A stretch of 35,320 nt of DNA, taken from the sequence record SRR31156797_3944. One strand, given 5' to 3'. Below are positions 33,520 to 35,320 of this stretch, in pieces. The position numbers and the translations under genes are program-made. The notes beneath the pieces are model-generated. The model had not been told where the DNA came from and ran no database searches. It was given only the letters and a program-made list of their open reading frames with translations. The first letter of the stretch is position 1; every line of letters begins with the position of its first letter.

Positions 33520-35233
33520 CCTGATTGTGATGCTTTTTGTGTCCCACGCCCAAGCCGGGTCGTGGGAGCACTCCTTTTTTGCGGGTACACAATATCCGTT
33601 GAAAGTGGTTTTTCTTCAGGGTGAAGAGGATGGCCCGACAATCATGGTGCAGGGTGGTATCCAGGGGGATGAGACCTCCGGTTTTGTCACTGCTCAATTA
33701 TTGACCCAGGCCAAAGTCACACGGGGTAATGTCATTATCCTGCCACGCGCCAATGTACCGTCCATTAATCTGCATAAACGGCAGATCAACGTGGATATGA
33801 ACCGGCGCTTTGATCAGAATTACAATCGATTTTATGAAGACAGGGTGGCACGCGTCATTCGGTTTCTCTTGGCGCAGAGTGATGCCTTTATTCATCTGCA
33901 TGAAGGAAGCGGATTTTATAATCCAACCTATGTGGACAACCTGCGCAACCCCAAGCGGTATGGACAATCCATTATTGTGGACACGCTTATCTTCGACAAG
34001 ATCGATTTGGCGCATACTGTGAATTCTGTACTAGACGAGCTGAATGGCAGCATTCGCACCCGCGATTACCAATTCAAACTTTTCAATACCAAGACATTTG
34101 ACAAGGGCACGGCGTATCCCGAAATGCGTAAATCCTTGACCTGTTATGCTTTGGCAGAACATGGCATCCCGGCAATGGCCGTGGAGGTCAGTAAATCCAT
34201 TCGCCAAATCGGTTGGAAGGTGCGGCAACAGTTGGCTGCAACGATTATGTTGTTGCGTCGTTTCGGTATAAGCGTCGTTCCTCCCGAATTTACTGATCAG
34301 GATGTGCGAGCTTATGCACGCAAGGGTGTCAGTGTCAGCGTTAATGGCCGTCCGCTTCGTTCTGGAGGGGTGATTAATCTCGTTCCCGGATCAACGCTGG
34401 CAGTGGAGCCGCTTGATAGTGGGCCGAGTGAGTTTGCCCCCGAACTGGCGTTGTTCGCCTCTGATCGTCCTGGTGTGAATCTGATTAACGCTCGACGTAT
34501 GGTTTTGGAACCATTTTCCGAGCTGGAGTTGCGCTCTGACGGAAAGCGCATTGCCAAGGCTCATATCAAATGGACCGGCAAGATGCCGCAGTCTCCGGGC
34601 GAAGATAAGCCTGTGTTTGTTTGCTGGCTCAACGGCAATCCTGTGTTTGTTCGTGACGGTGAAGTTCTGCATGCTGTGTTGGGTGACCAGCTTATTATGG
34701 AAGGTATGTGGGGGAGTGACCTCAAAGAGATCATCAATCTCAAGGGGTTCGTGGCTATCCCGTGGGCCAATAATGGACAGGATCTCGGATGGGAAATTAT
34801 CCTTGATCCTGATAACTTTATTGGTCGGTATGCTGTGAAATCTGGTAATTCCGATGTGACCCGGTTCAGAGTTGTTCGAGAAACTCCCGGTGCTCCCAAA
34901 GCGGGATTTTATGTGGATATTGCACCGCGTACAGTGCATGCACTCAAACTGTCCGATGAGCGTGGGCAGACATTGCTTGTCCCGTGGATGGCCGGTTTGA
35001 ATTATCGGTTACCTGAGGGGCGGTATGTGCTGGAAGCAGCATGGAGTAATGGTGCTAATGACAAGTTGATCACGACTACCAAGAATATGCCACTTGATAA
35101 GGGTGAAGCTTTTTCCGTGGAGATTGGCAAGCCGTTGCCGTTGACAGTACGACAGGCGACAACTTTTGGTGATCTTGGGACGATGACTTTTACTGCAGGG
35201 AGCTTTGCTGGGCTTTCTTCTGCAACGAACTAA
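33473..35233 (+). CDS. M14/M99-family peptidoglycan D,L-carboxypeptidase (Csd4/Pgp1-like)
   Basis: Signal peptide, GGIQGDE (Gln as Zn ligand as in Csd4), DMNRRF, IHLHEGSG, NPKRYGQSIIVD, AVEVSK. Confidence 0.85.
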   Translation: MSSLPRRILSTTFSLSLIVMLFVSHAQAGSWEHSFFAGTQYPLKVVFLQGEEDGPTIMVQGGIQGDETSGFVTAQLLTQAKVTRGNVIILPRANVPSINLHKRQINVDMNRRFDQNYNRFYEDRVARVIRFLLAQSDAFIHLHEGSGFYNPTYVDNLRNPKRYGQSIIVDTLIFDKIDLAHTVNSVLDELNGSIRTRDYQFKLFNTKTFDKGTAYPEMRKSLTCYALAEHGIPAMAVEVSKSIRQIGWKVRQQLAATIMLLRRFGISVVPPEFTDQDVRAYARKGVSVSVNGRPLRSGGVINLVPGSTLAVEPLDSGPSEFAPELALFASDRPGVNLINARRMVLEPFSELELRSDGKRIAKAHIKWTGKMPQSPGEDKPVFVCWLNGNPVFVRDGEVLHAVLGDQLIMEGMWGSDLKEIINLKGFVAIPWANNGQDLGWEIILDPDNFIGRYAVKSGNSDVTRFRVVRETPGAPKAGFYVDIAPRTVHALKLSDERGQTLLVPWMAGLNYRLPEGRYVLEAAWSNGANDKLITTTKNMPLDKGEAFSVEIGKPLPLTVRQATTFGDLGTMTFTAGSFAGLSSATN

Positions 35234-35258
35234 TTTTATTATTTATAATGTTTTTTTT

Positions 35259-35284
35259 AAATCCGCCTTTTGGCGGATTTTTTT
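35259..35284 (+). terminator. Intrinsic terminator
   Basis: AAATCCGCC-TTTT-GGCGGATTT followed by a T run, and flanked upstream by another T run. Confidence 0.85.
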
Positions 35285-35320
35285 GTTGTAGGCATTGCGT
35301 GCATCCGCAGTGAGAGTGCA

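Overview
Window from a Desulfovibrionaceae-like (Pseudodesulfovibrio-like) chromosome, judged from gene content. The left 15.5 kb is a Tn7-family transposon with a complete tnsABCDE core. Its right end (terminus 15535) is inserted just after an unusually long (941 aa) glmS homologue. No left end is visible, so the element probably continues past base 1. Cargo comprises the C-terminus of a polymorphic toxin with a putative immunity gene, a 36-codon RAYT/Y1 transposase remnant, a four-gene candidate defence operon (C5 DNA methyltransferase, DUF262 protein with an extra ~200-aa N-terminal domain, DUF3696 ABC-ATPase, putative nuclease; Menshen-like core), and an alpha/beta hydrolase between the right end and tnsA. 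The right 20 kb is host backbone: glmS-like gene, REC and GAF/HD-GYP pair, DUF885 protein, cheV, a histidine kinase with an NtrC-family regulator, a degenerate acylphosphatase, small proteins, an FmdB-type zinc ribbon, purB, pyrE, and a Csd6-like / membrane protein / Csd4-like peptidoglycan-editing cluster. Family names come from motif recognition only; no database searches were run.
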